A DNA stretch of 39,699 nt, from the UHGV virus genome UHGV-0270985, one strand, 5' to 3'. Shown here piece by piece: positions 20,252 through 28,500 of this stretch. Every line of letters starts with the position of its first letter. The first letter of the stretch is position 1. A program made the position numbers and the translations under genes. Under the pieces are notes generated by a model. It made no database searches. It worked only from the letters and a program-made list of their open reading frames with translations, and was not told where the DNA came from. This DNA comes from a virus.

Positions 20252-20791
20252 ATGGATATTAAAGATAAAATCAATACCATTTTGTTATGTGACATTGCCA
20301 TCCACCTAGGTATCGAAACTGATATTGATCCACAGCTTGTTAAATATGCTGTGTCATCTGGTAATGATTGGGTTATCAAGGCCGAATATTCACATTTGGA
20401 TGTTGACGAACCAAGTAAAGAAGATCGTGATTTTGTTACTGCTGTCTTGAATATGTATCGCGGACTTTCCAATGCTTTCAGGAAACTTAGTGATGACGAG
20501 CAAAAAGAATTAGTCCGTGACCATCATCTAAAAATACATGATGGGGCAATTCAGCTCCCAGGTTTCGACGGTAATAATGAATGCGATTACTTCAGTATCA
20601 TTGAGGCATATCAGAAAATTGATCGCTTCCCCGAACAGAAACAGCCCATTGCCAATACTCATTCACGTACAGAACATCTCTATAACGCAATGCTTGATGA
20701 GTTTAAGAAAATTGACGCTGTAAATCGAAGCTGGGATTTATCGAAGGAAGAACTGGCATCCATTCTTTCCACAGCTCCACGCAGTTTCTAA
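20252..20791 (+). CDS. moron gene; product weakly resembles the YfbU (UPF0304) family
   Basis: 179 aa on the opposite strand to the late operon, own ribosome-binding site (GAGGG), visibly AT-rich against the flanking phage genes. Resemblance to E. coli YfbU (LPGFDG..., ...THSRTEHLY... segments) is recalled, not searched. Confidence 0.55.
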   Translation: MDIKDKINTILLCDIAIHLGIETDIDPQLVKYAVSSGNDWVIKAEYSHLDVDEPSKEDRDFVTAVLNMYRGLSNAFRKLSDDEQKELVRDHHLKIHDGAIQLPGFDGNNECDYFSIIEAYQKIDRFPEQKQPIANTHSRTEHLYNAMLDEFKKIDAVNRSWDLSKEELASILSTAPRSF

Positions 20792-20796
20792 GTGCT

Positions 20797-21063
20797 TTAG
20801 GCGGGTTTCCAACCCGCCTTATTATGCTCGTATATAGAGAAGGAAGCACCCAAATTAACCAGCGCGGATTTCTTTTCCTCAATACGGCTGTTAAGTTCAG
20901 CAACTGCATGCGGGCGTATGGCCTCAAGAAAAGCACTATATTGATAGGCAGACTGGATTGTCACACCAAGCCCTGCACCACTTTCCAGTATACCTTTCTG
21001 TCGCTGTAGCTCTTTCATCTCGTTATAGATGTAATGTGCGTTACTTAGGTTTTCTACGTTCAC
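20797..21063 (-). CDS. hypothetical 88-aa protein, partner of the moron
   Basis: Minus-strand ORF between Rz and HNH, convergent with the YfbU-like gene at 5-bp spacing; no family recognised. Confidence 0.5.
   Translation of the reverse strand: MNVENLSNAHYIYNEMKELQRQKGILESGAGLGVTIQSAYQYSAFLEAIRPHAVAELNSRIEEKKSALVNLGASFSIYEHNKAGWKPA
20800..20825. terminator. hairpin at the convergence point of the two moron genes
   Basis: Perfect stem GGCGGG-TTTCCAA-CCCGCC followed on the plus strand by TTATTATG; lies inside the 3' end of the minus-strand 88-aa ORF. Confidence 0.45.
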
Positions 21064-21218
21064 GCCCTAAGTTCTTCCTGCAGTTAGCCTGCTCTGATTT
21101 GTTATGCGCCAATATGTCCCGCTTCGTCTGTTGCATTATCATAAGTAATAGCGTAGGTTGACACCTTGGCTCTCTTTCGCCACCGGCGAATCTTTAGCGG
21201 ATTATCCTTGGCCGGTTT

Positions 21219-21701
21219 TTATCTGAGACATTGCTCACGAATGTATAGCTGTGCCCCTTCCAGTTGCTTCTGCATCGTCATCAACCGTTCTCTGAGGGTG
21301 AAATAATCCCGTTCAGCGGTGTCTGCCAGTCTGGGGCTGGTTGCATTATCCACGCTGGTGGGTCCGGTGGCTTCACGCACGGCTGCGGAGCAACTGGCAT
21401 TGACCCGCAGGCGCTTACGACCAGCGGCAACATCAGCGCGCAGAGTTTCATTTTCAGCTTTCGCATTGGCTAATTCTCTCGAGTACTTTGCATCGAGCGC
21501 AGCAACATCACGCTGACGCTGTTGCATGTCAGCGATGGTGGCAGTCGCCTGCTTCAGCTCACTGACTTTTTTATCACGCTGTTCTTTGTAGGCGATGGCG
21601 TTATCACGGTAATGATTGACCGCCCACGACAGGCAGACGATGGTGCAGATAACCAGAGTATAAATAATCGCTGCGACTCTGCTCACTGATCTATCCCCCA
21701 A
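21219..21701 (-). CDS. Rz: i-spanin Rz
   Basis: 160 aa with N-terminal TM anchor and the conserved [16 protein letters not shown] segment. Confidence 0.9.
   Translation of the reverse strand: MGDRSVSRVAAIIYTLVICTIVCLSWAVNHYRDNAIAYKEQRDKKVSELKQATATIADMQQRQRDVAALDAKYSRELANAKAENETLRADVAAGRKRLRVNASCSAAVREATGPTSVDNATSPRLADTAERDYFTLRERLMTMQKQLEGAQLYIREQCLR
21281..21466 (-). CDS. Rz1: o-spanin Rz1, lipoprotein embedded in Rz in the +1 frame
   Basis: 61 aa with lipobox (LVVSAC) and proline-rich mature part ([30 protein letters not shown]). Confidence 0.85.
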   Translation of the reverse strand: MRKLKMKLCALMLPLVVSACGSMPVAPQPCVKPPDPPAWIMQPAPDWQTPLNGIISPSENG

Positions 21702-22216
21702 CAGGCTAATGCGCTTTCCTGGTCACGACGAATAACCTGTCCATAGCAGTTATTTGAACGTATGCGGCAATCGCGCCCACCATCTTTTATCCACCAGCGA
21801 ATCGCCTCGCATGCGCCCTTACGATCACCGGCATTCAGCCGCTTATAAAACGTCGACGGGAAACACTTACCGGGGCCAATGTTATAGGGACAGAATGACG
21901 CTATACCCGCTTTCTGTGGTTCGGTCAGTGGTACTTTAATATTGCGCTCTACCCATGCCAGCGCCTTATCACGTTCAATAGCGTTAACCTGGTCGCATTT
22001 TTCCTTCGACAGCTTCATTCCCGGTATGACGGGCTTACCATCCACCATTGTGGCACCCCGACAGATGGTCCAGATGCCGGCCCCATCGCGGTATGCCGTT
22101 GTGTGGTTACCTTCTTTTTCATCCAGAAACTGGTCGAGAATATCAGGCGCGGGCGCACCGACGGCAATCAGTGCCAGAACGGCAGCCGACAGGCCGTATC
22201 TGATTTTTGCGTTCAT
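21683..22216 (-). CDS. R: SAR endolysin (T4-lysozyme family with N-terminal signal-anchor-release domain)
   Basis: 177 aa; N-terminal weakly hydrophobic Gly/Ala-rich segment ([16 protein letters not shown]) followed by a lysozyme domain; phage-21 type. Confidence 0.85.
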   Translation of the reverse strand: MNAKIRYGLSAAVLALIAVGAPAPDILDQFLDEKEGNHTTAYRDGAGIWTICRGATMVDGKPVIPGMKLSKEKCDQVNAIERDKALAWVERNIKVPLTEPQKAGIASFCPYNIGPGKCFPSTFYKRLNAGDRKGACEAIRWWIKDGGRDCRIRSNNCYGQVIRRDQESALACWGIDQ

Positions 22217-22279
22217 GGATATTTATCAGGATTTATCGGTTTCTGCCCACGGACAGGTTTATCTGTTCCGGTCAGTGAC

Positions 22280-22630
22280 TTAAGGTTGTGATTCCGGAGG
22301 AGTCTTCAGAGAACCAGTAATTCTTCCTGGTAGCTTTCCTTTGTAGGTTATCCACACATTCTGCGCCTCTAAAATTACGGGGCGCTTTTCCGGCGACTGC
22401 TCATCCCCTTCACATAACCCGGCAGCAACATCCAGGAAGACCTGTCTGATGCTCCTTCTGGCTGCTGCCTCATAAAACCCCAGCGCGGCACCTTCAACAC
22501 GGTCCAGCGAGATGTCCAGGTCAAAAATTTCACCGTCAAAGCGTTTTTTGTCCCGTAACGCTAAAGTTACCGTAACTTTATTCTCAAAATTGCGGATCCC
22601 TTTCACAATCAGTTCATAGTTTTGAGTCAT
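22280..22630 (-). CDS. YdfR-like (DUF1327) protein inserted between holin and endolysin
   Basis: 116 aa; the holin/endolysin-flanked position matches ydfR in the Qin prophage; family assignment is by position and recall. Confidence 0.5.
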   Translation of the reverse strand: MTQNYELIVKGIRNFENKVTVTLALRDKKRFDGEIFDLDISLDRVEGAALGFYEAAARRSIRQVFLDVAAGLCEGDEQSPEKRPVILEAQNVWITYKGKLPGRITGSLKTPPESQP

Positions 22631-22634
22631 TGAA

Positions 22635-22850
22635 TTACTCTCCCCGTGCAGCCTTACGACGGTCCTCTCTGATTTTGAAATACAGGTTAGTCAGATATGT
22701 CAGGAAGCCCAGAACCAGACTCCCCAGTACACCAATCGCAGCCCACTGTGACGGACTGACCTGATCAAGCCACTGTAAAAACCAGTAGCCAGCACTGCCT
22801 GCGGAGGTGCCGTAGGCAATGCCCGTTGAAATTTTATCCATGGATTTCAT
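22635..22850 (-). CDS. S: class II holin / pinholin, S21 type, with dual-start motif
   Basis: Start taken at ATG 22848-22850 ([29 protein letters not shown]...). M-K-S-M gives the two in-frame starts typical of the antiholin/holin pair; two TM segments. Confidence 0.85.
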   Translation of the reverse strand: MKSMDKISTGIAYGTSAGSAGYWFLQWLDQVSPSQWAAIGVLGSLVLGFLTYLTNLYFKIREDRRKAARGE

Positions 22851-23291
22851 AGCCTCACCTCCGCAGCGAACGGATGGCGTAGTTATAAGGGGAGCGAAAA
22901 AGAAAGAATGCGCGATTGCGCAATATGGTAACGTCAGGGTATTATCCACTGGCTGAATAGATCACTTCACGTTTTTTGTTCCTTGCCGCCCGTATCCATA
23001 TGCGGGCTTTTTTTTGCATGTAAAAAGGCCCCAACACATGTGCGTGGGGCCTGAGAGTATACATGGTTTCAGTCAACTGCATGGTGCCGGGTGCCTCCCG
23101 GTGAATTCAGTACCAGCACCTGAATCCGCGATTATCCCATATACCTACTCGCTGATTGCCCCTCCGCACAGGGGGATTCACCATGCCAGTTTCTTTTAAC
23201 AAACTCCCCGCAAAACAGACAACTGTCAACCGTCTGAATTGTGAGACATTTAAAAAAAAGGCCCGCAAAAGCGAGCCGGGAAAAATAAGTC

Positions 23292-23368
23292 TGGCGCGTT
23301 GTACTGGATTCGAACCAGTGACCGATTGCTTAGAAGGCAATTGCTCTGTCCGGTTGAGCTAACAACGC
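23292..23368 (-). tRNA. argO: tRNA-Arg (anticodon UCU), argO-like
   Basis: Manual fold of the reverse complement: acceptor GCGTTGT/ACAACGC, D-arm GCTC...GAGC, anticodon stem ATTGC/GCAAT with loop CTTCTAA, T-arm ACTGG-TTCGAAT-CCAGT, 3' GCCA. Confidence 0.85.
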
Positions 23369-23381
23369 AGGGTACAGATAA

Positions 23382-23458
23382 TGGACCGCCATCGAGGACT
23401 CGAACCCCGCGCAACCAGCTTCGAAGGCTGGTGCTCTATCCTGATGAGCTAATGGCGG
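23382..23458 (-). tRNA. argN: tRNA-Arg (anticodon UCG), argN-like
   Basis: Manual fold: acceptor CCGCCAT/ATGGCGG, anticodon stem CCAGC/GCTGG with loop CTTCGAA, T-loop TTCGAGT, 3' TCCA. Confidence 0.75.
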
Positions 23459-23465
23459 TATGTGA

Positions 23466-23541
23466 TGGTGGCCCTTGCTGGATTTGAACCAGCGACCTGG
23501 CGATTATGAGTCGCTCGCTCTCACCTCTGAGCTAAAGGGCC
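23466..23541 (-). tRNA. ileZ: tRNA with CAU anticodon, most likely lysidine-dependent tRNA-Ile2 (ileZ/ileX-like); tRNA-Met cannot be excluded from the anticodon alone
   Basis: Manual fold: acceptor GGCCCTT/AAGGGCC, anticodon loop CTCATAA, T-loop TTCAAAT; matches the E. coli ileX layout from memory. Confidence 0.75.
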
Positions 23542-23661
23542 GGGCGCAGGATAATAACGTTACGAAATCAATGTTGCAAGCATTCAAAAATCACCTGGTT
23601 AAAAATCACCCTTAGCTCCTCCACCAGCGCATTCACCATGTCTATCCGAGATAAGTGGCAC

Positions 23662-23688
23662 AAAAAAACCCGCTTGTGGGCGGGTTTT
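23662..23688. terminator. bidirectional intrinsic terminator downstream of Q, candidate tR'
   Basis: Stem cccgc-ttgtgg-gcggg flanked by A7 on one side and TTTTGTTTG on the other; 65-90 nt downstream of the Q stop on the minus strand. Confidence 0.5.
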
Positions 23689-23751
23689 GTTTGCTTTTGC
23701 CATCACGTACAAAATCGGCAAAATATCAGATTTGCATGAAATATATGCCTT

Positions 23752-24441
23752 TCAATCTACTTTTGCAACACTTTGCTTTGAAAATGCCGCCTTTTGTTTT
23801 GAACGTGTTCTCATTACAAACAATAAAGCCTCACTATCCAGTCGTTGAAAAATGTGTTTCATTGCAACCCAGTGACGAGTAAATGTTTTGGACCAGTTTT
23901 TAGTTGTCACTCCCGCCAGTAATGCCAGCTCCTGGTATTCATAACCTTCCCCACCAAAAAGTTCTGCTTTTACTGCCTGCGCCGCCAGCCAGATTAATTT
24001 TTTCAGGCGTTCCTGCGTTTTCCCTGCAATTTTTCTGGTACCGGATTGAGTATTAAATTCATTCCACGCCCACTGTGTTATCGCGATCTGATATTCCCAA
24101 CAAATACTCCCGCCGTAACACCACAACAACCAGGCTTTATGATGCTCTTCAAGAGACAGCAAAGCCCGCCGCCATGATGATGTCGAAAACTCAACCGGGC
24201 TGACCAGGGCAATTGATGAGCCATTCGCCAGTGATTGTTTTCCCGGGATTGGTGGATTATCCCGCGTTATCATTTTTCCAGTCACTTCATCGCGGTACCG
24301 GATTTTTTTTCGCCTGTAACGCCCTGTATCGAACATGGCATTCTCCTGCCAGGCTTCAAGCTGACCTTTTGTTGCCCCACTCAAATCAGCGGTGGCGATA
24401 ATGAGCTGCTCACGCACAAACTGTAAATACTGGTTATTCAT
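23752..24441 (-). CDS. Q: late-gene antiterminator Q (QuuQ-like)
   Basis: 229 aa starting MNNQYLQF; ATG overlaps the rusA stop (ATGA); canonical Q position between the nin/rusA region and the tRNA/lysis block. Confidence 0.6.
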   Translation of the reverse strand: MNNQYLQFVREQLIIATADLSGATKGQLEAWQENAMFDTGRYRRKKIRYRDEVTGKMITRDNPPIPGKQSLANGSSIALVSPVEFSTSSWRRALLSLEEHHKAWLLWCYGGSICWEYQIAITQWAWNEFNTQSGTRKIAGKTQERLKKLIWLAAQAVKAELFGGEGYEYQELALLAGVTTKNWSKTFTRHWVAMKHIFQRLDSEALLFVMRTRSKQKAAFSKQSVAKVD

Positions 24442-24803
24442 GCGCACTCCAGTTCTGTGATTTTTATCCCCAGCCGCCCACCAGGAACGAGCTGACCGCG
24501 CACAATATTGATTTCATCAAACTGCTCGTCGTCTATAAGTAGTCCGGCATGCGTCAGCGCATCCAGTGGTGCCTTCAGGATATTGTCCAGGTCACGACGG
24601 CGCTTATCCGGTGGCTCTGCAATAATCTTTATCGCCAGCCTTCCGGACAGGTTTAATTTCAGCCGCTGCTGGCGAACAATTAGCGCCACATCACGGCGAT
24701 AACGCTTTCCGGCTTCCGAGATGAAATACGTATTGCCATGACGTCGCCAGTAGGTATTCACCGTCGGCGGGTAAGGCAAAACAAATTCTATGCGTTCAGT
24801 CAT
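24438..24803 (-). CDS. rusA: Holliday junction resolvase RusA
   Basis: 121 aa with the RusA signature (LPYPPTVNTYWRRHG ... KRRRDLDNILKAPLDALTHAGLLIDDEQ). Confidence 0.85.
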   Translation of the reverse strand: MTERIEFVLPYPPTVNTYWRRHGNTYFISEAGKRYRRDVALIVRQQRLKLNLSGRLAIKIIAEPPDKRRRDLDNILKAPLDALTHAGLLIDDEQFDEINIVRGQLVPGGRLGIKITELECA

Positions 24804-25859
24804 TCATGCTTTCCACTTCAGGACACCCGAATTTCTCGCGTGCATTAAAAAACGAATCAGCAACAACAGCTGGCTGCCGTGTTTTTCTTCAAAATCTTTT
24901 ACCCCGGCGTGCAGTTCGTTATGACATTTACGGCACAGCGGAATAACAAACAAATCATCAGCCTTTGTTCCCATCCCTCCCAGTCCATGACCAATGATGT
25001 GATGCGGATCATCTGCCTGATTACCGCACGTCATGCATTTCTGCGTTTTTACCCAACGCGTGTATACAGGCATCTCTTCCCGTTGTGGTTTCTGGCGCTG
25101 GAGATACTGAGCCGGTGACTCCGGATCAACGGCAATGCTGACCACCGTCTTTTCCTGTGGCGGGTTTTGCTGGTGGGCATGAGGCAACGGCGCAAGATTT
25201 TTTGTGCGCTGCTTCAGTATGCTGGTGGCGGTCTGCTCTCCCGGTACGATGTCGCTTTCGCGGTACAAGGAGCGGATTTTTTCCGCACGTAACCCCAGAG
25301 AACGACGTAATACTGCCTCCGGAAGCGCGTCCGCCACCTGATTGCAGACCGCCCACCAGGATAATTCAGCCAGCGACAATTCCCGCTCCTGCGTGCCATT
25401 CATTGCATGGCGTATGACGTCAATCATCCATGCTGACAGGTTTTGATGAGCAAGTTGCCCGAGTGATTCGGATGTCTGGTCACGCAACTGGTTGTCGCAG
25501 TGCCAGCACAACACCATCGCGCCGGTACCGTAACGATGTATGACGATTTCACTGTGATGATAGTCACCATGAGGCCACTGGCAGGATTTGACATGACGCA
25601 ACAGCCAGTCAGACAGTGCCCCAGCGCCGCCAGCAGCACGAATCACCCGCTCATCGCTGAAAAATGGCAGTAATGATTTATCCTCCGCCAGCGGCTGGCG
25701 AACGGCAGGGACGACTCCGGACGGCAGACCGCGCATGCTTTTCGGTTCAGGCTCCACCAGCACTCGAGGGTTATGAAATACTTGCATGGATTCACAGCCC
25801 GGCCTAAGGACCACCAGCCCGAGTTCCGGTACCAGAACAGGTCGAAGTAATACCCGCAC
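24804..25859 (-). CDS. DUF968-family protein with C-terminal HNH-like motif (YdfU-like); start codon uncertain
   Basis: 351 aa; C-terminal CGNQADDPHHIIGHGLGG...CRKCHNELH; the track start appears to be GTG, and an in-frame ATG (MQVFHNPRV) lies 24 codons in. Confidence 0.6.
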   Translation of the reverse strand: MRVLLRPVLVPELGLVVLRPGCESMQVFHNPRVLVEPEPKSMRGLPSGVVPAVRQPLAEDKSLLPFFSDERVIRAAGGAGALSDWLLRHVKSCQWPHGDYHHSEIVIHRYGTGAMVLCWHCDNQLRDQTSESLGQLAHQNLSAWMIDVIRHAMNGTQERELSLAELSWWAVCNQVADALPEAVLRRSLGLRAEKIRSLYRESDIVPGEQTATSILKQRTKNLAPLPHAHQQNPPQEKTVVSIAVDPESPAQYLQRQKPQREEMPVYTRWVKTQKCMTCGNQADDPHHIIGHGLGGMGTKADDLFVIPLCRKCHNELHAGVKDFEEKHGSQLLLLIRFLMHARNSGVLKWKA

Positions 25860-25860
25860 G

Positions 25861-26133
25861 TTACCTCCAGATGCGTTGCTGGAATGTGCGGGACGGACGC
25901 GGTGGGCGTTCAGAGTAAGGAAGCCTGACGGAGATTATCCAGTGACGATAATCGAGGCTGAGGGCTTTCTTAATCTCGTATCCGCGTCTGCGGTAGTTAT
26001 GAATTAGCCATTCGGCCTGTTCTTCAGTACATGGTGGGTGTTGGTACCAGTCGGTTTTAAATGCGTGTGAACGCCGCTCATGCCGGATGGCAAGGTCGGT
26101 ATCAGAATTGTGAAATTTGGTTTTGTGCGCCAT
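25861..26133 (-). CDS. hypothetical 90-aa basic protein (rem-like position)
   Basis: ORF tightly packed against the DUF968 gene; identification by position only. Confidence 0.45.
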   Translation of the reverse strand: MAHKTKFHNSDTDLAIRHERRSHAFKTDWYQHPPCTEEQAEWLIHNYRRRGYEIKKALSLDYRHWIISVRLPYSERPPRPSRTFQQRIWR

Positions 26134-26204
26134 CTGTTTTCTCTGCTGGCGCAGCAGGTGTCAGGTGTTCAGGCTGACGTGCGAATTGTAAACCAGAATG
26201 CCAG

Positions 26205-26230
26205 GAAAAAACAAAACCCGCCGAAGCGGG
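26205..26230 (-). terminator. intrinsic terminator downstream of hok
   Basis: Stem cccgc-cgaa-gcggg; the plus-strand A-run gives a minus-strand U-tract. Confidence 0.45.
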
Positions 26231-26300
26231 TTAAGTGCGGGTGCGTTGAGGATGCCTGACACATCAGAGGCGGCGAGGGATTTCTCCCTCGCCAAGTCTC

Positions 26301-26456
26301 TTACTCCTCAGGTTCGTAGACTGTGAAGACAGCGACCTCCGTCTGGCCGGTTCGGATTCGTACCTCGCAGAGGTCTTTCCTCGTTACCAGTGCCGTCACT
26401 ATGACGGTTAAACAGATGACGATCAGGGCGATTAACATCGCCTTTTGCTGCTTCAT
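26301..26456 (-). CDS. hok: Hok/Gef-family type I toxin (HokD/RelF-like)
   Basis: 51 aa from ATG 26454-26456: MKQQKAMLIALIVICLTVIVTALVTRKDLCEVRIRTGQTEVAVFTVYEPEE; single TM helix and the conserved CE(I/V)R motif. Confidence 0.85.
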   Translation of the reverse strand: MKQQKAMLIALIVICLTVIVTALVTRKDLCEVRIRTGQTEVAVFTVYEPEE

Positions 26457-26747
26457 AGCCTGCTTCTCCTTGCCTTTCGGCACGTAAGAGGCTAACCTAC
26501 GTGTGTAGAGCATAGATATGGCCTCAGATTAATGTTAAGCGTCTTGCCGGACGCGTAATGTTAACTGGGGCTTTTCTCTATCTGCCTTTTGGTGTTCATG
26601 CCTGAGACAGATAGCCTCAAGCACCCGCTGCAATTCTACTTAACTCTCCTTTTCCCGCAAACCGTTTTTATCCCCAGCGGCAAATCGAATACACCACCAG
26701 CGCCACCGCCATCGCAATTCCTACCGTTGTTAATGCTTCAGGCCAGG

Positions 26748-27092
26748 TCATCGTAAAATATCCTCCACGCTTATCAGTCCGTTCCGCTCCAGATAACTCA
26801 TCGCCTTATCCGGTAATTTGCAGTCTGGCTTCGCTTTCCTCAGTTGCCAGGTTAACTGCTTTACCAGCATGGTTAACTCATCGACCAGACGCTGATATCC
26901 CACTGGTTTGTATTCATGCAATTTACCGGCTGGCTCTGCTGCCAGCGATACCAGTGCGATTTCCAGAACAGCAATATCCATCTTATATGTGCGGATGATG
27001 TCATGGTCGATTGTGCCCGGTATGCACAGTCTCTGTGCTTCAATAGTCTCCTCTGCGTGAGCTATTAACTGCTCTCTGGTAAAAGTCGTCAT
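26748..27092 (-). CDS. hypothetical 114-aa protein; its N-terminal half is paralogous to the upstream 55-aa ORF
   Basis: Starts MTTFTREQ... and contains ...ALVSLAAEP...; start overlaps the upstream stop (ATGA). Confidence 0.5.
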   Translation of the reverse strand: MTTFTREQLIAHAEETIEAQRLCIPGTIDHDIIRTYKMDIAVLEIALVSLAAEPAGKLHEYKPVGYQRLVDELTMLVKQLTWQLRKAKPDCKLPDKAMSYLERNGLISVEDILR

Positions 27093-27256
27093 GCCGTAGC
27101 CCCTTCTTGATATTTTTCAAACCAGAACACAACCGGCTCTGCTTCCAGCGATGCCAGCGCAATCCGTGCCAGTTCCATTTGTTCACCACGGGTAAGCCCG
27201 TTTTCAAGCGGGTTTTTAATGAACAATTCAATACGTTCTTTGGTAATAGTGGTCAT
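27089..27256 (-). CDS. hypothetical 55-aa protein, paralogue of the N-terminus of the downstream gene
   Basis: ATG 27254-27256; [55 protein letters not shown]; shares MTTxT(K/R)E and ALxSLxAEP with 26748..27092. Below the ORF-track cut-off. Confidence 0.4.
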   Translation of the reverse strand: MTTITKERIELFIKNPLENGLTRGEQMELARIALASLEAEPVVFWFEKYQEGATA

Positions 27257-27266
27257 GTGTTACTCC

Positions 27267-27530
27267 TTAACCCGCAGTGCTTTCAACTGATGAGGGGAAC
27301 AAAATCTTTTCATCAAACCCTGCATTCATATCATGGACAGCAACACACCAATCCATTGACGAACGATTATCAAGAGCCTCCATGATTTCATCCATGCGGC
27401 GCAGGTCATACAGGTAAATGCTTTTATCGCCAATGGTGTAAAAACCAATTTTTTTCGGTGATGGACAGCGATCAAGAACGTCCTGTAATTCGTTCAACCA
27501 TGCCTGTTCTTTTTTTGTCAAAGTTGCCAT
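27267..27530 (-). CDS. hypothetical 87-aa protein
   Basis: Internal ATG (MATLTKKEQAWLNELQDVLDR) chosen because the track start would overlap the upstream gene by about 90 nt. Confidence 0.45.
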   Translation of the reverse strand: MATLTKKEQAWLNELQDVLDRCPSPKKIGFYTIGDKSIYLYDLRRMDEIMEALDNRSSMDWCVAVHDMNAGFDEKILFPSSVESTAG

Positions 27531-27531
27531 A

Positions 27532-27750
27532 TCAGTTTTCCTTATACGGATTAATTTTATTGTGCAGTGTGTTGAACGGAGCCCATACCACGTCGTTATA
27601 CAATTCAATAACTGGCTCAATTATTTTTCCGATTCCCCATACCAGAATTAACGGGGATATCGGTATCATCAACACGATAAACAGAATGAGAAACAAAAAT
27701 TCTGTCGCTCTACTTTTTCGCGGATATTCTTTTCTGAATAATGTAGGCAC
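27532..27750 (-). CDS. small hydrophobic membrane protein
   Basis: 72 aa, AT-rich, with one long hydrophobic stretch (FLFLILFIVLMIPISPLILVWGIG). Confidence 0.45.
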   Translation of the reverse strand: MPTLFRKEYPRKSRATEFLFLILFIVLMIPISPLILVWGIGKIIEPVIELYNDVVWAPFNTLHNKINPYKEN

Positions 27751-27751
27751 A

Positions 27752-27967
27752 TCACTCTCCTTTGTTGCTCCTCAAAATTTTATGCCCTGGCGCAAAAGCA
27801 CGCGTTTTGTCGGCACTTATTCGCCACCCATCTTTACGTGCCTCTTTTGCACAGCCAGCCCATGACGTACCGATATACTCACCAAAATCTGGCGACTGAT
27901 ATTTGCCATCCGTACACTGGCGGCAATCACAATAGAGATGCATGGTATAACTTGCGGCAATACCCAT
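27752..27967 (-). CDS. small Cys-rich protein, possible zinc-binding
   Basis: 71 aa with CDCRQC...C pattern; packed between neighbours with 1-nt gaps. Confidence 0.45.
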   Translation of the reverse strand: MGIAASYTMHLYCDCRQCTDGKYQSPDFGEYIGTSWAGCAKEARKDGWRISADKTRAFAPGHKILRSNKGE

Positions 27968-28327
27968 TCAGCCTCCTTTGATGCCCGTGTTTACAACCAG
28001 GCAGGCCTCCTTGAGTACCCAGTCAATAGCGTCTTTCCATGCTCCGGTTTCAACTGGCGGATCCTCACGCCGTACCTGTTCATAAAAGCGCACAGCTTTA
28101 ACCAGTCCTTCTGATGTCACCGAAGCTGGCGGGGCCGTGAATAACGCCTGAATTTCATAGTTTGGTCTGTCGTTACAATCCTCTTTTGTCGGGACATATT
28201 TCCAGTCACCAACCCACTGCTTCCCCTGAAAGTCTGTAACGCCTTTTTTCACGTAGCGATATCGCCATGCCACTGGTTTTGCCTGCCCTGCCTTTTCATG
28301 CCCTTCCTGATAATTAATCTCGCTCAT
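27968..28327 (-). CDS. hypothetical 119-aa protein
   Basis: ORF with start overlapping the upstream stop (ATGA). Confidence 0.5.
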   Translation of the reverse strand: MSEINYQEGHEKAGQAKPVAWRYRYVKKGVTDFQGKQWVGDWKYVPTKEDCNDRPNYEIQALFTAPPASVTSEGLVKAVRFYEQVRREDPPVETGAWKDAIDWVLKEACLVVNTGIKGG

Positions 28328-28500
28328 TCATCGCCCCACTCATCACAATATGCTTCGACCGGTGTTTTCCCTGCTTCATAATCATCACGCCATGCTTCAG
28401 CATCAGCGGCACTTCCACCGCGTAACTCTGCATAATCCATTAACAGTTCATGCCATTCTTCAAAACTGGCGTTATATTTAGTTGAACCAAAATCAGCCAT
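28324..28500 (-). CDS. small acidic protein, 58 aa
   Basis: ATG 28498-28500; MADFGSTKYNASFEEWHELLMDYAELRGGSAADAEAWRDDYEAGKTPVEAYCDEWGDE; strongly net negative. Below the ORF-track cut-off. Confidence 0.4.
   Translation of the reverse strand: MADFGSTKYNASFEEWHELLMDYAELRGGSAADAEAWRDDYEAGKTPVEAYCDEWGDE

Noticed and set aside
22851-23291. Possible toxin (stx-like) cargo between argO and the holin
   Set aside because: Only about 440 bp, with no ORF of adequate length and two terminator hairpins; the cargo slot is empty.
23107-23487. ORFs 23107..23340 (-), 23156..23362 (+) and 23299..23487 (+) over the tRNA cluster
   Set aside because: They overlap three well-folded tRNA genes and terminator hairpins; the coding interpretation is not credible.
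26301-26513. Track ORF extending hok upstream by 19 codons (MLYTRRLASYVPKGKEKQA-MKQQ...); could it be mok?
   Set aside because: In hok/sok loci mok overlaps hok in a different frame; the in-frame extension is more likely an ORF-finder artefact. hok is called from the MKQQKAM start.
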